Origin: Candidatus Omnitrophota bacterium
Lineage (GTDB): Bacteria; Omnitrophota; Omnitrophia; Omnitrophales; JACROU01
Assembly: GCA_016214265.1 (NCBI GenBank)
Contig: JACROU010000024.1
Span: forward strand, 5,223 to 69,222
Length of the DNA: 64,000 nt
Reading direction: 5' to 3'
The position numbers were made by a program, and so were the translations under genes. Every line of letters begins with the position of its first letter. The first letter of the stretch is position 1. The notes under the pieces are model-generated. The model was not told the origin of the DNA. It ran no database searches and saw nothing but the letters and a program-made list of their open reading frames with translations. Positions 28,901-43,900 of this stretch are shown in pieces.

Positions 28901-31900
28901 TTGGGTTGTGACAGGAACTCCGGACACAGTACCATCAAGAGACACAACAGTTTGTCCCACATCACTCGTGAGTGTTGTCGAGCTTGTTGTTTTCGTAGTT
29001 ATTTGAGTGATAGTTCCCGCATCCGTTCGAGTAACAACAACGGATTGGTTGCCTGACATCTGAACGATAAAGATTTGCCCCTCCTCAATCGATGAAACGG
29101 ACGTGACGGTTCCGCTAGTCTGAGCAATAAGATTTCCATCTGAATCTCTAATTTTAGTGGTATTCAATGTGCCATACACGTTTGTCTGCTGAATTACCGT
29201 TTGGCCCGAGGGGGCTTCGGTTACCACAAAACTGGTGCCAGTATCTGTCTTATAAGTAATCTGCTGATTTCCAGATGCATCGGTGGTTACAGGTGAGGCA
29301 CTCGTAATTTCCTGAGTTGTTGCCAAAATTACAACTCCTTCGGTATTCGTCACGGTTGTCTGCACATTACCAACTTTGTCGGTTTCCTTCACAATGACAT
29401 TACCGGCCATATCCGTTGCTGAAGTAACAGTCGAATCAGTAAATGCGACTGTAATCTGAGTTCCTCCAAACGGACTTGGCGAAGAAACAATTGAAGCCGC
29501 TGAATCGGTTACAATGTCGGCAACCGTTCCCTGCGACGAGGTGACAACGGTTGTCGTACTTCCGTCAGTTTGTGTTGTTTGAACTATCGTAAAACCGTTT
29601 GGTGAAGTGGTAACGCTCGTCACAGCGCCAGCATCCGAAGTAATGGTTAGCACGGTATTGCCATTCTGATCCGTGCTCGAAGTAACATTTTGAACTACTC
29701 CGTCAATCTGGCTGATTTCGCTTCCTTTTAGATCATAAACTTGCGTGGATGATTCCGCACCTTTTGTCATCGTCAGCGTCGTAAGCGAATTTGTGGAGGA
29801 AAGAGTCACGGTCTGCCCCGTAGTCATGGCGAGTGAAACATTAATTTCGCCATTTGCTCCCAAGTTCGCAGAAGCGGAAATCGGGGATCCCTCCTGCACA
29901 CCTAACGTGTTTCCATAAACATCTTTGAATGTTGTTTGTGCCGTTCCGTTCGCATCTTGCGTTGTAGTTACTGTTCCCATCAATTTCGTTGCAGAATAAA
30001 GAGTTCTTTCGGATGTCGTTGTGCCCGTTTCTGCGTTAAATTTGATCACAAATTTTGTTCCATCTGCCAGCGTGAATGTTGTGGCCTCCGCCGTTACCGT
30101 CGGAGACGGTGTGGAAGTCGCAATCTCACCCACAACGACGTTATTGGGACTTGTGACAGTGTGCGGACTTTTTACACCGTCGGCAGTTTCACGCGATGTA
30201 AGCAGCGTTCCATTGTTGAGCTGATAGACGACGACTTTGGACTTATCACCAAGCGTGTAGGTTGAAAGAACGCCGCTTTCCGTTGTTTCGGTTGCAATGA
30301 ATCCAACATAAGTGGACTCAGCCATGACAATTTTTCCGCCGGCCGACTCAATTTCCGAACTAACATTCCGGTTCGCGTCCGTTGTCTGCCTCAGTATCTG
30401 CCCACCGGGCAGCTGTTCAATTTCAAGGATGCTATCTTTCACCGCAATCGTAATCAGCCCGTCCTCGGAAACTGACAAGGTCGTCACCGATCCGGCAACA
30501 GGCTTTGACAAAGCCCTGCCTTGTGCGTTTTCCACCGTAGTCGTAGTTGTTGTTCCCTTCGTCGTACTGATAATTGCATCACCTGCAAAGCTTCTGCTTA
30601 TAGAAACAGTACCTGCGGAATCTGTTTCAATTGTGGTCGTTGTCAGACGTGTTTCAGGACTGTAGCTCTGACGAACCGCGGTTACAGCGCCTTGAGTTGA
30701 GGTCAGAAATTTTCCGGTAGCATCGAATACACGAGACTCAGCTGCGGCTCCGCTTCCCTTGGCAACAACGATGGTTCCGTTGGGGGCCTGTTTAATTGTG
30801 GTTGTGACACCGCCCTGAATCTGAATAGTGGTTACGTCATTGCCATCGGCATCTTTGCTGATTGCCGGCGCATCGATTGTTCCGGAAATTTCTGTGATTT
30901 TTTGACCCGACGCGGTGAACACTTGGGTTTGAACACCTGCTATTTTTGATGTCTTTGTCACAATATCTGTTTTTTGAGCGTTGTGTGTACTCGTAATTAC
31001 ATCACCATTCACAAGCGTAACCGTTAGTTTTCCAGATGCGTCTTCCTTCGCAGATTCAACCGCGCTATCGCTTGTAAAAATTTCCGCCTGGCTTGAGCTG
31101 TAAATTGTTGTTCGAACCGGCTGTCCCGCTGTTTGGATTTCCGCAACTGTTTGCAGTGAAGTTCCTTGAATTAATTTTACGCGTATTCCATTGGCAAAAG
31201 TAATGATCGAAGTAACAGTGCCTTCAGCATCCGTGCCCGATTCGCTCGACACCACGTCGCTTGGAACCGTAGCAATAATGATTCCGGAACTCGTTTGAAT
31301 GACGCTTGCGGATTTTTCTGCAGATTTCCGGGTCATAACGGAAACTTGCTGTGACGTGCCCGGATTAAGACGTGATGTTGTTAGCACGGAACCGTCAGGC
31401 ATTGTTTGAGATTCCGATGACGTCGAGCCTTGAGGAGCTGCTCCCAAATCGGTGAGATTATTTACCCCACCAAGAACCGCGCTCAGAAAATTTTGAAGGA
31501 GTTGATTCTCTACATTCGCCTGCACTCCGGCGGCAGCTTGTGTTGTGGCTTGAGATACAACCGCTTGTGTTTCGCTCACTCGCTGCGTTTCGACTGCACC
31601 TACAAGATTGCCACGGACATTGTTAAATGTATCCTTTGCCAGATAAGCGGCAAGATCTTGTTGAATAGCCTCATTGGTTCTAGGCACCAAAGTGGGCAGA
31701 ACTTCCTCAAAAGAAATATCGTATTTCCTTTCTTCTACAGGAATTAGCGTGCTTAATTGCGTTCTCAATTTTTCTTGATCTGCTTCGCTGAGGCTTGAAA
31801 TCAGAACTGTCCAATTCTTAGACAAGATTTCTAAAGCTAATCCTTGAGGCAAACCATTAAAAGCGCCCGCTTCATTAACGGTCATTTTTACCAGCACACC

Positions 31901-34900
31901 TGCAATCATATTTTTTGCTTCGAGATTCAGAGATTCAAGAAGTCCTGAAATTTCCGAACCAAGGGCTGAGAATGCGGCTGTCTGCTGGGCTCCGCTTTGT
32001 TGAAGCATCAGAGCAAAAGAGGCTGCAAATTGATTTTGTACTTCCATTGACTCGCTTAAGTTTGACGCAATCGACTTTAAATTGTCGGAAAGAATGTAGA
32101 TGGCGAATTCGGCCGCTTTCGGATTTTCTTTGTTCAGCGCCTGAAAAGTAAGTCCTTCAATGAACGATTGTTTGTCAGCCAAATCCATGCCTGCCAACAC
32201 TTGAGAAAGCTGATCGTGCAGTCCAATCGAAAGGCCGTCCCGAAAAGCGGTGTCACTCTCCGCGCTTGAAATTTGGCCCATGAGCCCTTCGAGAAAAGCC
32301 AGCCGTTCTTTGGAAGTAGCAGCAATTTGAGGAAGCAAAGTGCCGAGTTTTCCGGAAATGACAATGCCGAGTATGCGACGTCGTCCCTCGTCTTCTGGCG
32401 CAGTCTTTTTACTGCTTTCGATTACGAGATTAATAAAATTTTTCAGCTTCTCGGCCTGAGTTGCTCCTGGGACCTCTGGTGACATCAAATCGGGATGATC
32501 CAGTAATATGGCAATCATCCCCGCTTGTGTTTCTACAGGATTTGCTGAAGAGCTATCGAACGCCATCTGATGCGCGATGCGAATCACAGCGGCTTTATTT
32601 TCCACGCCCAAAGCGTCTTGAATATTATTTAAATTGGAAAGCAATGACGAAACAATAATTCCTGCTAAAGCAGGATTATTGGTGTCCTGAGCCAGGCCCA
32701 TCAAATAACCCACAACCTCATCTCTTTTGGTTGTGTCTGTGGCGGCAAGAGAATTGAGCATGGCGGGAAGATTGGTATTGATAGCATGCATAATGGCCGA
32801 TTTAGTTTCATTGCTTATATTTGCATCACTAACCATTCCCACGAGCTGTTTAAATAAGTCTATAGCCTGAGCACCTGCCGCCTGTCCGCTCAAGGTTTGC
32901 GTGACGATTCCCCAGTTTTTAACTAATATTCCGATCAAAGCGCTTTGAACTTCCGGGCGTGCTTGCGGATTCAATCCCAAAGCAAGTAGATTATTGATCA
33001 AATTCACTCTATCACTGGCATTGTCGAGCGATGCGAGAATCACCGGCAAATTCTCACCTACGGCTTGTGCGATTTGGAGCGCCTGATCCACTGTAGCGGG
33101 ATTAGACAAAGCGTCGGGTGAAGAGAGAAAATTCAGAAAAGTTGAAAAGAGCAGTATCGCTTGCACCGAGGAAGCATTGCCTTTAATCTGCCCGATCAAA
33201 TTAATATTTTGTCCTAGTGCCAGAACTGTGGCCGTCCTGACCTCAGGTCTCGTCGCCGTGCTTTGTGCTATCGACATCAGATGATTCACAAGTGCCGTCT
33301 GACGCGCGGAATCGAGATTTGCGAGCTGTGAAATACCACTTGTGATGAGCGCAGTGGTTGTCTGTGAATCCAAATCTCCCTGTTTAATGAGGGCAAGAAT
33401 TTGATCGGCCACAACTCCGTCTTCCGCACCTTTGATACTTCCTGTAATATGAGTAAGAACCAGAATGGCGTTTTGGCGAACTGTGTCGTTGGAGTCCGAG
33501 AATAAAGGCCCAAGCGAATTAAAAACTGCAAAAGCTTCCTCGCTTGTTAACAAGGAACGAATACCGAGAATTGCTTCCTGGGCCGCCACGGAAGTTTCAC
33601 CGGATTTCATTGCTTTGATAACGGTGTTCAAGGCCTGGGCACGGGCCTCTCCTGTCATATTCGGAAACACTCCGCTTAGGGCACCAAGTGAGGCATTGAC
33701 AATCTCCGGTGAAGAACTGTTTAAACCCTCAAGAATCGCATGAATCACAGCTTGCCGTGTTTCTTCCGCCATGGAAGCGATGTTTGTCGATAAAGAACCC
33801 ATAATTAACACTTGGAGGTTGTTTTTTTCCGAAAAATTTTCAGATATTTTTAGCGCATTTAACGCTGCTAAAGCGCTTTGAGTATTCACCGCACCTACTG
33901 CAAGGTTTTGTAATGACAGATGGTCTGTATTCACCCCGGCGGATTTTAATTGTGCTTTCAATTGATTTAGATTTTGAAGCACCGTCACCACATTGTTTGC
34001 ATTGAGACCAAGTTTATCTGCCATAATTGCGATATCTGGAAGTGAAAACTCTACGGCAGAAATATTCGGTAAACTTTCGCGTAAAGACATAGCGGCTTTA
34101 TATATTTCCCCGATCACACCCGTCGTATAGTCCGAAGTGTCTAGAAATCCATAAGCTTGAAGCTGGGCAATTCCTGCCAGATTCAGTCCCGCAGCATTAG
34201 GGTTGATTCCCTGTTTCTCAAAATAATTTCGCGCAACACTGAGCTGGCTTAATACTGCCTGAGCGCCAACCAGATTTTGTCCGAATCCGTTGCTCTCGAA
34301 TTGAAGAATATCCTGAACTGAAAACTCCGGAAGATTAACGGTATAACCCAAAGCCGCTCTCATTTGCACGGTGGACTGAATCAGATTGCGCGCCGTGGGA
34401 CTCATGCTTGCGGATGAGAGTGAATCAAGGTTTACCGCTTCGCCGCGAGCGGCACTATTCACCATTGAAGTTGCCACCGCCGCCTGAACCAAGGCGGAAG
34501 CATTTTCAGTGGACAATTTGACATTTCCGTTATGCGCTGCGTCGATCACCAACAAAATGGCATGATCCAAAACCGTAGGATGATTTTGCTCAAGGGATAT
34601 GAGCGTGGCAAAAGCAGAAGGATCAATAAGCTGTCTCAGAGTTTCCAATGCATCCGATTTCAGGCCTTCAAGGACCGGCAGGTTGAATTCTTTATTAACC
34701 TTGATATCGGCCTCGCTGAAGGTGAATCCTCCATCAGGAAGTTTGATATTGGGCAAAGTTTCCCCAGCGCGCTGAGCAACGAGAGCGGTGCGCATGGCCT
34801 GCAAACTATTGATAAGATTCTGGTGATGCTCAGCCTGACCTTCTCCACCTCCGGAGATAGCTTCGGCAATGTAGGTATCAGCGAACTCCTTGGCTGTGTT

Positions 34901-37900
34901 TTCATCAATTCCCATCCATTTGTGAAGCACATAGGTACCGAAGAAATCGCCGGCGAGTTCCTCAACAAAAGCTTCATCGATTACGCCGCCGACTTGCTGA
35001 CCGACAAATTGCCCCAATTTTGAGGCGAAATTCTGGCTGATTCTTCCTCCCAGCTTGGTGGATAATCTCCCCATCCAATCTCCGGTACTTTCACCGGCCT
35101 TATTGATTCGGACCCAAGAGTTCCAAATGCCTCCGATTCCTGTAGTCGTTTGTTTACCAGATGAGTCAGCCGTAACTCCTAGAGTATCAAGGGTCCTTGT
35201 TACCATTCTTACGGAAGATCCCATCGAAACGGAAAATCCAACCTGGCTTTGAACGCTTTTCAATAAATTCATCCCAAATGTGCCTGCGGCGGCTGTAAAT
35301 CCTGTTCCCATCGCGGCTCTTTCAGCGGCAGACATGCCAACATCAAAAGTCTGTCTGAAGAATTGTACAAACGGCTGCTCTTTAATGCCATTTAAAATGG
35401 CCCGGCCCCAAGATTCCTCCCCTCCTTTGAACAAAGTTCCGAGCAAATTTTTTCCGCCGGTTTTTATGGCGTCCCAGGTAACACTTGCTGTTCCTTTTAA
35501 TCCGGACAAAAGTGCAGAACCCAGCCCAGTGGTTCTATAAATGCTTAGGGCATCATTGAGCACAGTGCCGAGACGGCCCAAAAGTCCAACCTTGCTGGCC
35601 GCCTGCTTTGATACCATTTTAGCCAGTGTCGACCCGACGGCGCTCATGCCTTTTGTGCCAATTGCGCTGGCAACACTGCCGACAATCACAGCTACATCGG
35701 CCAGAAATGGTATCCACGATTTTTCGCCTTTCTTCACATTGAAGTTGCCAAGCGAACCTGTGGATTCCAATGCTGGAATCAAAAGTCCCGCAACAAGTCC
35801 AAGGGCAGGACCGCCAACAATGGATAAAGCGGCTAAGGAAGCATAAGTTGCTGTTTGAGCCACTTGATATCCTGCAGAAATGGCCGTATAGATCCCGCCT
35901 TTTTTTGCCGCATAGTCGTAAATGAGTGCGGCACCATCCTTTTGATTCTGTACAAATGTCTCATCAGTTAAAAGTTGGTATGCTTGACCGGCAAGAGTAT
36001 AGTTCTTGATAAAACTTCCAATGGGAGAATCCGCAATGTAATTGAATGCTTTTCCCGCAACATTGGTAATTCCGCCCCATGCTGTAGAGAGAGCGCTTCC
36101 TACTGTTGATACAACGCTACCGATTGATTGACCCATAAACGAAAATGTATCTTTGACGAATTGCCATGCGCCTGTTTGACCTGTTGAAGTCATCTGTGCC
36201 TGCTGTGTCTTCGGGACTGGCGCAAATTCAATTCCGCGAAGCTGAACAGTATTCGTTATTGTAGTAGTATCATTGGCAAATTCCCGGCCGGCAGCATCAA
36301 AACCGTTCTGAGCCGCATTGAACCAATAATTAAGCGTCGAATGAAACCAATTAGTTTCTTTTTCCGTTACAGATTCGGTTAACTCTGTATTTTGGAAAAT
36401 TTCACTAGTAAGATTGGCGTCACCGCCGCCATATTTTTTTAGAGCTATGCCCTTTGCTTGTGTCAGGTCAGTAACAACTCGATTTTGGTCATCCTTTATA
36501 ATATTCCCGTCCGGTCCTCGATATAAGGTTATTGGTTCTCCAACAGATTTTTCTCTTCTGTAATTTTTTCTAACGCCGTCCATATCTATCGTATAGGTGC
36601 CGAGCTTAAACCTGCCATATTCGTCAATCACAGTTCTGGGCTGCTGAATGTTTCCGTTCTTGTCTCTGAAAGCGGTGCTGATATCAGTAAATCCAGTAAA
36701 ATTACCGGCCTCATCTTTCAAGCGGATATTTCTGTAAGGGAGTCCATCAGCGCCAAACCCCATGGTTCCAACGTTAACGAGCTCACCTTTTGGGTTGGTG
36801 TCAAAGAAGTTATATCCCAAAGAACCATCAGGTTTTTTAGAAACAACTGCCGCCGAGCCCACTATGGATGAGGAACTTTCACCGACGAGATTGCGTATAG
36901 CGCCGCCTGCACCACTCGGATCATTGCTTACGATTACGATGCGTAGTGCATTATCATCCAAAGGCGGAGTGAAATATAACTTGCCATCTACTACAATACG
37001 AACGGCAACTTCCTTCATTGCGCCCGATACATCAGCTGCAAAAACGCGGGTAGTGTTTATCTCTGTAATTTGTGGTTTACCGCCGATATTTGCTTCAACC
37101 AGTTTTTTGTCAACTTGTAACCTTGTGTGTTGCACCTGCCCCTTATCGTCGGTCCTATCTATACTAACTTCAGTTCCAATAGGTCCCTCAATGGTTCCGT
37201 TGTCATTAAGAATAGCGCCCGATTTTGTGAACCGCACGACTGTATTCTCGCCTAACTTAACGGGCTGCGAAATGTCTATAGCGCTAATTCCGCGCGATGA
37301 TCTGATGGAATTATTTGCTTTGTCTTCAATCGTTCCGTTTTTCACGACATTGTCAATGACAACTACACCGCCCCGATAAATCACCCCCTTTTGATCTGTA
37401 AATCCATCCTGCACATCCATGCGTGTTTTACCGTCAACAGTAATCGATGTTGTCTGCTCCTTCCCTGTGCTATCCTTTTGCGTAATAGATCCTTTAGTCA
37501 AAACATTATTTTCCATAATTGATCCTGCTGCCAAAGTGGTCCGGCCCTCATTGTCTAGGCTGATGTCTTGAAGTGCTTTGATCGTAATAACTTTTCCATC
37601 AACAATGACCTGTTCCTGCTTCTCTGAGCGAAGCGTACCGGTAATCTTCTGCTTTCCATCAGAATCAATAAATATAACGGTTCCTGCAATGAGGATGGAG
37701 CCATCCCTATCATTCATGGCCATGTCTGTCTGAAGTTTCTGGATTCCGAACTGTTTGCCGTCAGCACCGATCTGATACGTAGTCACAGAGGCAATAACTG
37801 GTTTTCCATCTGCTCCCAAGACTATATTGCCCGTGAGCGGATCAGTTTTGTATTGATTGATAATCATCGTTCCATTCACAACTTTTGGTTGCCCATCTTT

Positions 37901-40900
37901 CGGAATTTCCACCGAAGAACCGGCTGGAATAACCATTCCATTACTCAGATCAATTTCATTATTACCTGCGATAAAAGTTGTCCCGCTCAGCCTCACAATC
38001 ATGGTGTTTCCCGTGGTAGTATCAAAAACCTCGCCCGTTACCAATTGACCGTTCTCCAAAACAGATCCTTGTTTGTATACCCTCCCCTCAATAATCACCG
38101 TTTTTGCGTTAATAATGGTACGATCAATCGCTGCACCGTCTGCCCCAACAGTGATTTGCCGGGTAATACCACGCGCATGATCAATCATGGTACCCGCCAC
38201 CTGCTCCATATTCCCCTCAGAATCGATATAGGCAACAAAGTCTGTTCCATATTCCTGAAGCAAATTTCCGGTTTTGTCACGATTGCCCGCACCTGGTTGC
38301 GTGACCGAAAGTTTCGTGCGCGCTTTTCCTGTGGCAGAATCGACTTCTTTTGTGTAAAGAAGATGCGTGACAATATTTTCATAGGATCCGTTTATGATCA
38401 CCAGACTACCATCTTCGCCAATACGAATTTTTGACCCAGCCTTGATAATCAAAATGCCGTGATTTGTATCGGTTCCAGCCGGACTCGAGATGTCTTCTCC
38501 GATTTTGACACCATTTGAGTCGAGTACTGCCTCACGTATCTGGCGAGTTGTGCGGTTATAAATCGACCCCTTCACCAGCTCAATACCTTCCGTCACTTCA
38601 ATCTTGGTCCCCGCCTCGCGCGCCACTTCGCTGCCGGCCAGCACGGCATATTTTTTCGCGGCTTCTTTGTACTCGCGTCCTTTTTGCGCGATGTCGATGA
38701 CGCCTGTTTTTACATTTTCCACTTTTCCGGAAATGAGTGTTCCGTTCAGCATCAACGTGCCTTCCGTGAACACATTCCGTGCCTTCCCCATCGAATCATA
38801 TTTCGTAGCTTGATCTTGCAAGGCGCGGGTGACGGATTCCATTTTCCCAGTCTTCAGATCTTTCATCACGGTTTCCTGGAATTGCTCGGTAATGCGGGTT
38901 TGTCCCAAAAAGCCACCCTTGTCCGTGTAATAATTAAATTGCTCGCGAAGCGGATCTTTATCCTTCTCACTACGCATATTCGTTCTGGTGTAGGTCTCGC
39001 GCATTTCTTTGCCGAATTTTTCGGTAAGTGACATGGTTTCAAACGCCTGTTGTTTGCCGTTCCGGGTGACAATTTCAGTTTTGTGCGTTTCAGTGGCCAG
39101 CACCTCGCCTTTATGGCCGACGACTTTTTTAGTGACATCCCCTTCTTTCGAAACCGTCAGCACATCAATTTCGTTCTTGAAATTGAAACGATTTTTGTAA
39201 GTAACACGGTCTCCATTTTCGCTCATAGTGGTATAAGATTTTTTAATGGCCTCAAGCTGTTTGTCGGTGGCAAATGATGGATCGCTGGCCTGGACCTTTT
39301 TCCACGACTCCGTCATTTCCTTGGCGGATTGAAAGAACTTATAGGCTTCGTAATCACCGTTAATCTGACCGGCGTCTGTTTTCTTCCGGTCATAAACACC
39401 CTCCAGGAATTTCATTTGAGACGCAATGGCGCCCTTATTATTTTCAAAATCTTTTTTGGTTTGATTCCCGTTGATGGCAAAAAGCGCTTTGTTCAAGTCC
39501 AGATTGATATTTTCGATACGGGAATACATCGCCTCGTTTCCGGTTTTAAGATTGATATTTAACCGGCGGAAATTATCGGCGATACCCTGATCCAGCCTGC
39601 CGGCATTTTTGACAATCAATTGATTATTGAAATCGAGTGCAAGGTTTTCACGCGTGGGTGCATTGGCCAGTTCATTGAGCCCAGCTACATTAGCGCCGTC
39701 GTAGACATTTCTCAGGTTCTTCCGGACAATTCCATCGGCTTTCTCTGTTTCCTGCAATGCCTCATTTTCTGCAATCCGCTTTTGCTTGAGCCCGGCCAGC
39801 TCATTCTTTTTATCTGTGATTTGCTTATTCAAATTGGCGATGGTGTCCATTTGTGTCTGGGTTACAGGATCGAGGGCATGCAGCAGATCCGATTTTTCTT
39901 TTCCAAGTTCAGCAATCTGTTTTTGAGTCTTTGTAATTTCGTCTTTTAACGTCTTGATTTCGTCCGGAATACTAAGGACAAGATTCATTCTGACCTTCAT
40001 TTCCCGGTCAAGATCATCATTTTTGGCTTTGAATGCGGTGATATTGTTGGTTATTTCCTTCGACTGTTTGAGAGATTCGGGATCCGTCTTTCCGGCAAGC
40101 GCCGCTTTCGCCGTTTCCAGCTTTTCAATTTCAGCAAGGTTGACATCTTTCATTTTTTGTTTTTCGCCAATTTCCTTGGGCAGGCGCACATTCATATCAT
40201 TTTCTTTAATTTTAATAGAATTTTCGTTACTCTTAATTGAAGCGTTCGCGTCACTGATGCGTGTATTGACTTCCTTTAGTCTGGCACCGCCCGCTTCCCG
40301 CATAAGACCGGATTCAAGCTCCTCGTTGGCCGTTTTGATTTTAAGTTCAAGAACACCAATGGCTCTTTCAGCTGCGGCGATTTGAGGTTCTATCTTATCC
40401 AGCGTATCCGTCCCTCTCCCTCCGTATAAGGTTTCCAATTTCTGAAGAAATTTCTGTTCTTCAAGGAATCCGCCACCGACGCCAATGCGGCCGGAATCAG
40501 CGTACTGAAAATTGTAGGAACCTTGACCAGAGAATTGGCCATTTAATCTCATGGTATTCAAATTGCCTCTCAGCTTTTCAATATTCGCCGTTTTTTGCTG
40601 CTCCAACGTTTTCACATCCGCTTTCAATGTATCCCGTTGGGCTTTCAAATCAGTTAGATCTGTCTGAATTGTAGTCAGATTTGTTTTTAACTTTTCAATA
40701 TCCCTGCCAATTGAATCTCGAATTTCTCTGTATTCGGCTATCAAGGCCTGTCGGTCCTGTTCTGTTCCAACATAAGCATCACCGGCGGCGATAAGTTCAT
40801 CAATACCTTTTTGCCAATGGCTGATTTCTTTTTGGTACTGGGGAATATCGGTATCCACCCTTCTCTGCGCTTCTTTGAGATCGGCTTCCTTTTGGGGCAG

Positions 40901-43900
40901 TTTCAAATAGATTTTGTTTATTTCTGCCTGTTTTTCGTTGATGGCTTTCACATCAATTTCCAAATCACCGGAACGAATATCGGTTTTGTTCGTATACACA
41001 TCCGTAACAGGCGTCGCACTGTAATAAGGGGCTCTGGCTTCAAGTACAGGCTTATTGTCATAAACGCTTGTATTTGCCGTGATGAGCCCATCTCGATCCT
41101 TGGCCATCGCATCACCGAGCGTCTGGAAAGTCCCCCAATTCATAGTAGGATTTGCTAGATACAGCCCCCGCTTTTCAGCAGGAATATCTCTCCACACATT
41201 CCAGGATAACTCGGTTCGATAAACCGGCTGTTGATAGCTGTCCCATGTTCCGTCACTTTTTTTGTAAGTGATCGTATCGTACGAGGCAATCAAAGCCTTG
41301 CTGGTAGAGCTCGCCGGTGGAGTCTGCCAAAGGGGCGCTGAATTTGCCTGCGTTAATTGATTGGTATCAGCCGCCGAATCGACAGCGGCTTTTAATTTGG
41401 CGATAGTGGCCAAATTCAAATCCATAATATTTTTCTCGTAATTTTGTGAGGCCGCTTTTAATTTCATCAAAATGCCGCTTTTCTCCCCATCCTGATAGTA
41501 CTGATAATTCATGTAGGCAACTTTGAGATTGGATTGATCTGCTGGTGATGCGGAATAGGACCAAATCTGACCGGCAACGACCTTGTCATAATAAGTCTTG
41601 GCCAACGCCAGAAGATCTACGCCATCCGTTGCAGGCCGTTGAGATTCCGGAAGCACTTGAACGAACGCCAATATCGCTTTTTTTAATCGTTCTTCGGATA
41701 ACTGCTTGCCTTTTGTAAAATCAGCTCCCGACTTGGTCCCAATCAACTGACGTTCGTAATATTGCGTTGCCAGCTGCTCACGGTCGTTGATGGAATGATA
41801 AATATTCCGGATTTTATCGACAGCTGAAGAATAGCCGCCATATCCAGTTTGCAGGGAATTTTTGGCGTTTTGAAATGCCGCGTTGTTTTGCTGCATAAAT
41901 CCGTTAAGCGCGTTGGCCACACCTGTTTCAGCATTCTTTCGCTGATCGCGGTATCCCACCAAACGGCCTTTAAGATCTGCAATTTGACGGCGTAGTGTAA
42001 CGGCTTCGGTTGTTGTCTGATCAGTCATAGCATCCAACTGCGCTTTCAAAGTCGTGATTTTGCTATTGGCGGCGCTTTTTTGCTCATCATAGTAAGCAAT
42101 TTTATTTTCCAGATTTCTCCTTTCCATAGAAGTGGTGGCGCTATTCAGCTGTTGTTTCAGTTTGTCTGTGTTGTATCCCTCCAGATCCATTTCGAACTTA
42201 TCCTTAGCTTCTTTTTGAGCTGCCTTAAGGCCATCCTTTGCATTTGTAAGGGCATCGGCGTGTGTTTTGACCATATCTTTTTCGAAAGTCATCCAGCCAT
42301 TCATTTCATTGGAATATGTTGCATGAATCACGTTTTGCTGGGCGATGTATTCATCACTGGCATTTTTCACGGCGGCGTTATACGCAGATTCATCTCCGGT
42401 TTTTAGACGTGCCTCTTTAGCCGCGTAGAGAGCTTTTTTGTACACGTCCTCGGCCAGCTTCAAATCAGTATTTTTCTTGTTTTCTGTTGCCTCACGGCCA
42501 TCACTTAATTTCTTTTTTTCGGCAAGCAACGTTGTTTTGGCAGAACCCTGGAATTTAGCCTGCTCTTCCGCAGTCATTTCTCTGCCTTCTTTGTCTGCTT
42601 TTTCTTTCACAGATTTATCGCCAATGACTGCCAGAAATGCATCTTTCGCAGACTGCGTTGCTGTCTTGAACTCCTTAAACGCCTTATCAATGCGTTCGTT
42701 GGAAACCATCAATTCGTCGTTGTAAAGATCAATAAGTTTTGCCAGGGCATTTTTCTCACCTGACTGCATGTATTGAACATCGTTGAATGTGAATGAGAGG
42801 GTGGCCAATTTACTGTTAAGATCAAAATCACTTAGAGCAGAATTCCAGGGTTTAAGAACACCCTTAAAAATTTCTTCGGGATAAAAATCCAGTCTATCCA
42901 TCAGCCCGGCTTTTTCCCAACCTGCTGGAGGCGGGGCATTAGGCCGGCCATAAACATAAGCCATTTCGGGAGGATCAGGCTGTATGCTGGATAATGGGCG
43001 AGTTGTCTGGGCGGTAGTGTATTTATCATTGACATTTTTTAATTCATCGGTTGAAAAAAGCTTCATATAGTTCGAGTCAGCCAGCCTGCCCATAGCACCT
43101 TCATAGGTATAATATTTTGTGCCTGCAGCATCCACCAGCTTCGCTTCAATCTCGACATCACTTTTTTCTGGAAATTTCTGTTTTAAAAGTGCTTTTCTCT
43201 CATCAAGCGTTTTAGAGGTTGCATACAGCAAATCATTGCTTTCTTTGTCCGCTTTCATGACAAACTTGCCGTCAAAATACCCTTTGAGATTTTCGTAAGA
43301 AGGAAACGACTGCGCAATTAACTCTGCTGTGTTCTTGGTTGGGTCCCAATTGAATCCCCAACCGCCGCTATCAGGAAACAGTTTTTTGAGTTCATAATCT
43401 TTTACCTGCGGATCCACAGCCGGATCTGCCATCAATTTGAGAAAATTTTCTTCGGTGGCCGAATTACGGAACCATTCCCTTAGCCGTTCCGTTTGCGTCT
43501 GATCGCCAACCATGGCTTCGATTATTTTCATATCTTTATCGGGATAGATCGATTTCAGAAAATCTTTCTGTTCATCAGTTCCGCGATAATGCCTTTGGGC
43601 GACTTTGTACAATAGTTCTGATGGAGAAGTAACCTGCACATCTTTAAGCGAGGTCCCTAAAATCGAAAAGCTGTTCCAGGGATCTCCACCCTGCTGTTTG
43701 AGATATGCAGATGTTTCTTTATCCATACCTAATGTCTTGACCACTGTCTGTCCTCCCGACAAGCCTTCCAGTTTCCAGTTAAAAACATCGGCGTTGGTAT
43801 AATCATAGATATATTGTTTAACTAACTCACTTCTTAAGTTCTCAACATCCTTAATGTAATCAGCGCTATTTTTCCCGTCGATTTGCAGTGGTGAAAATGA

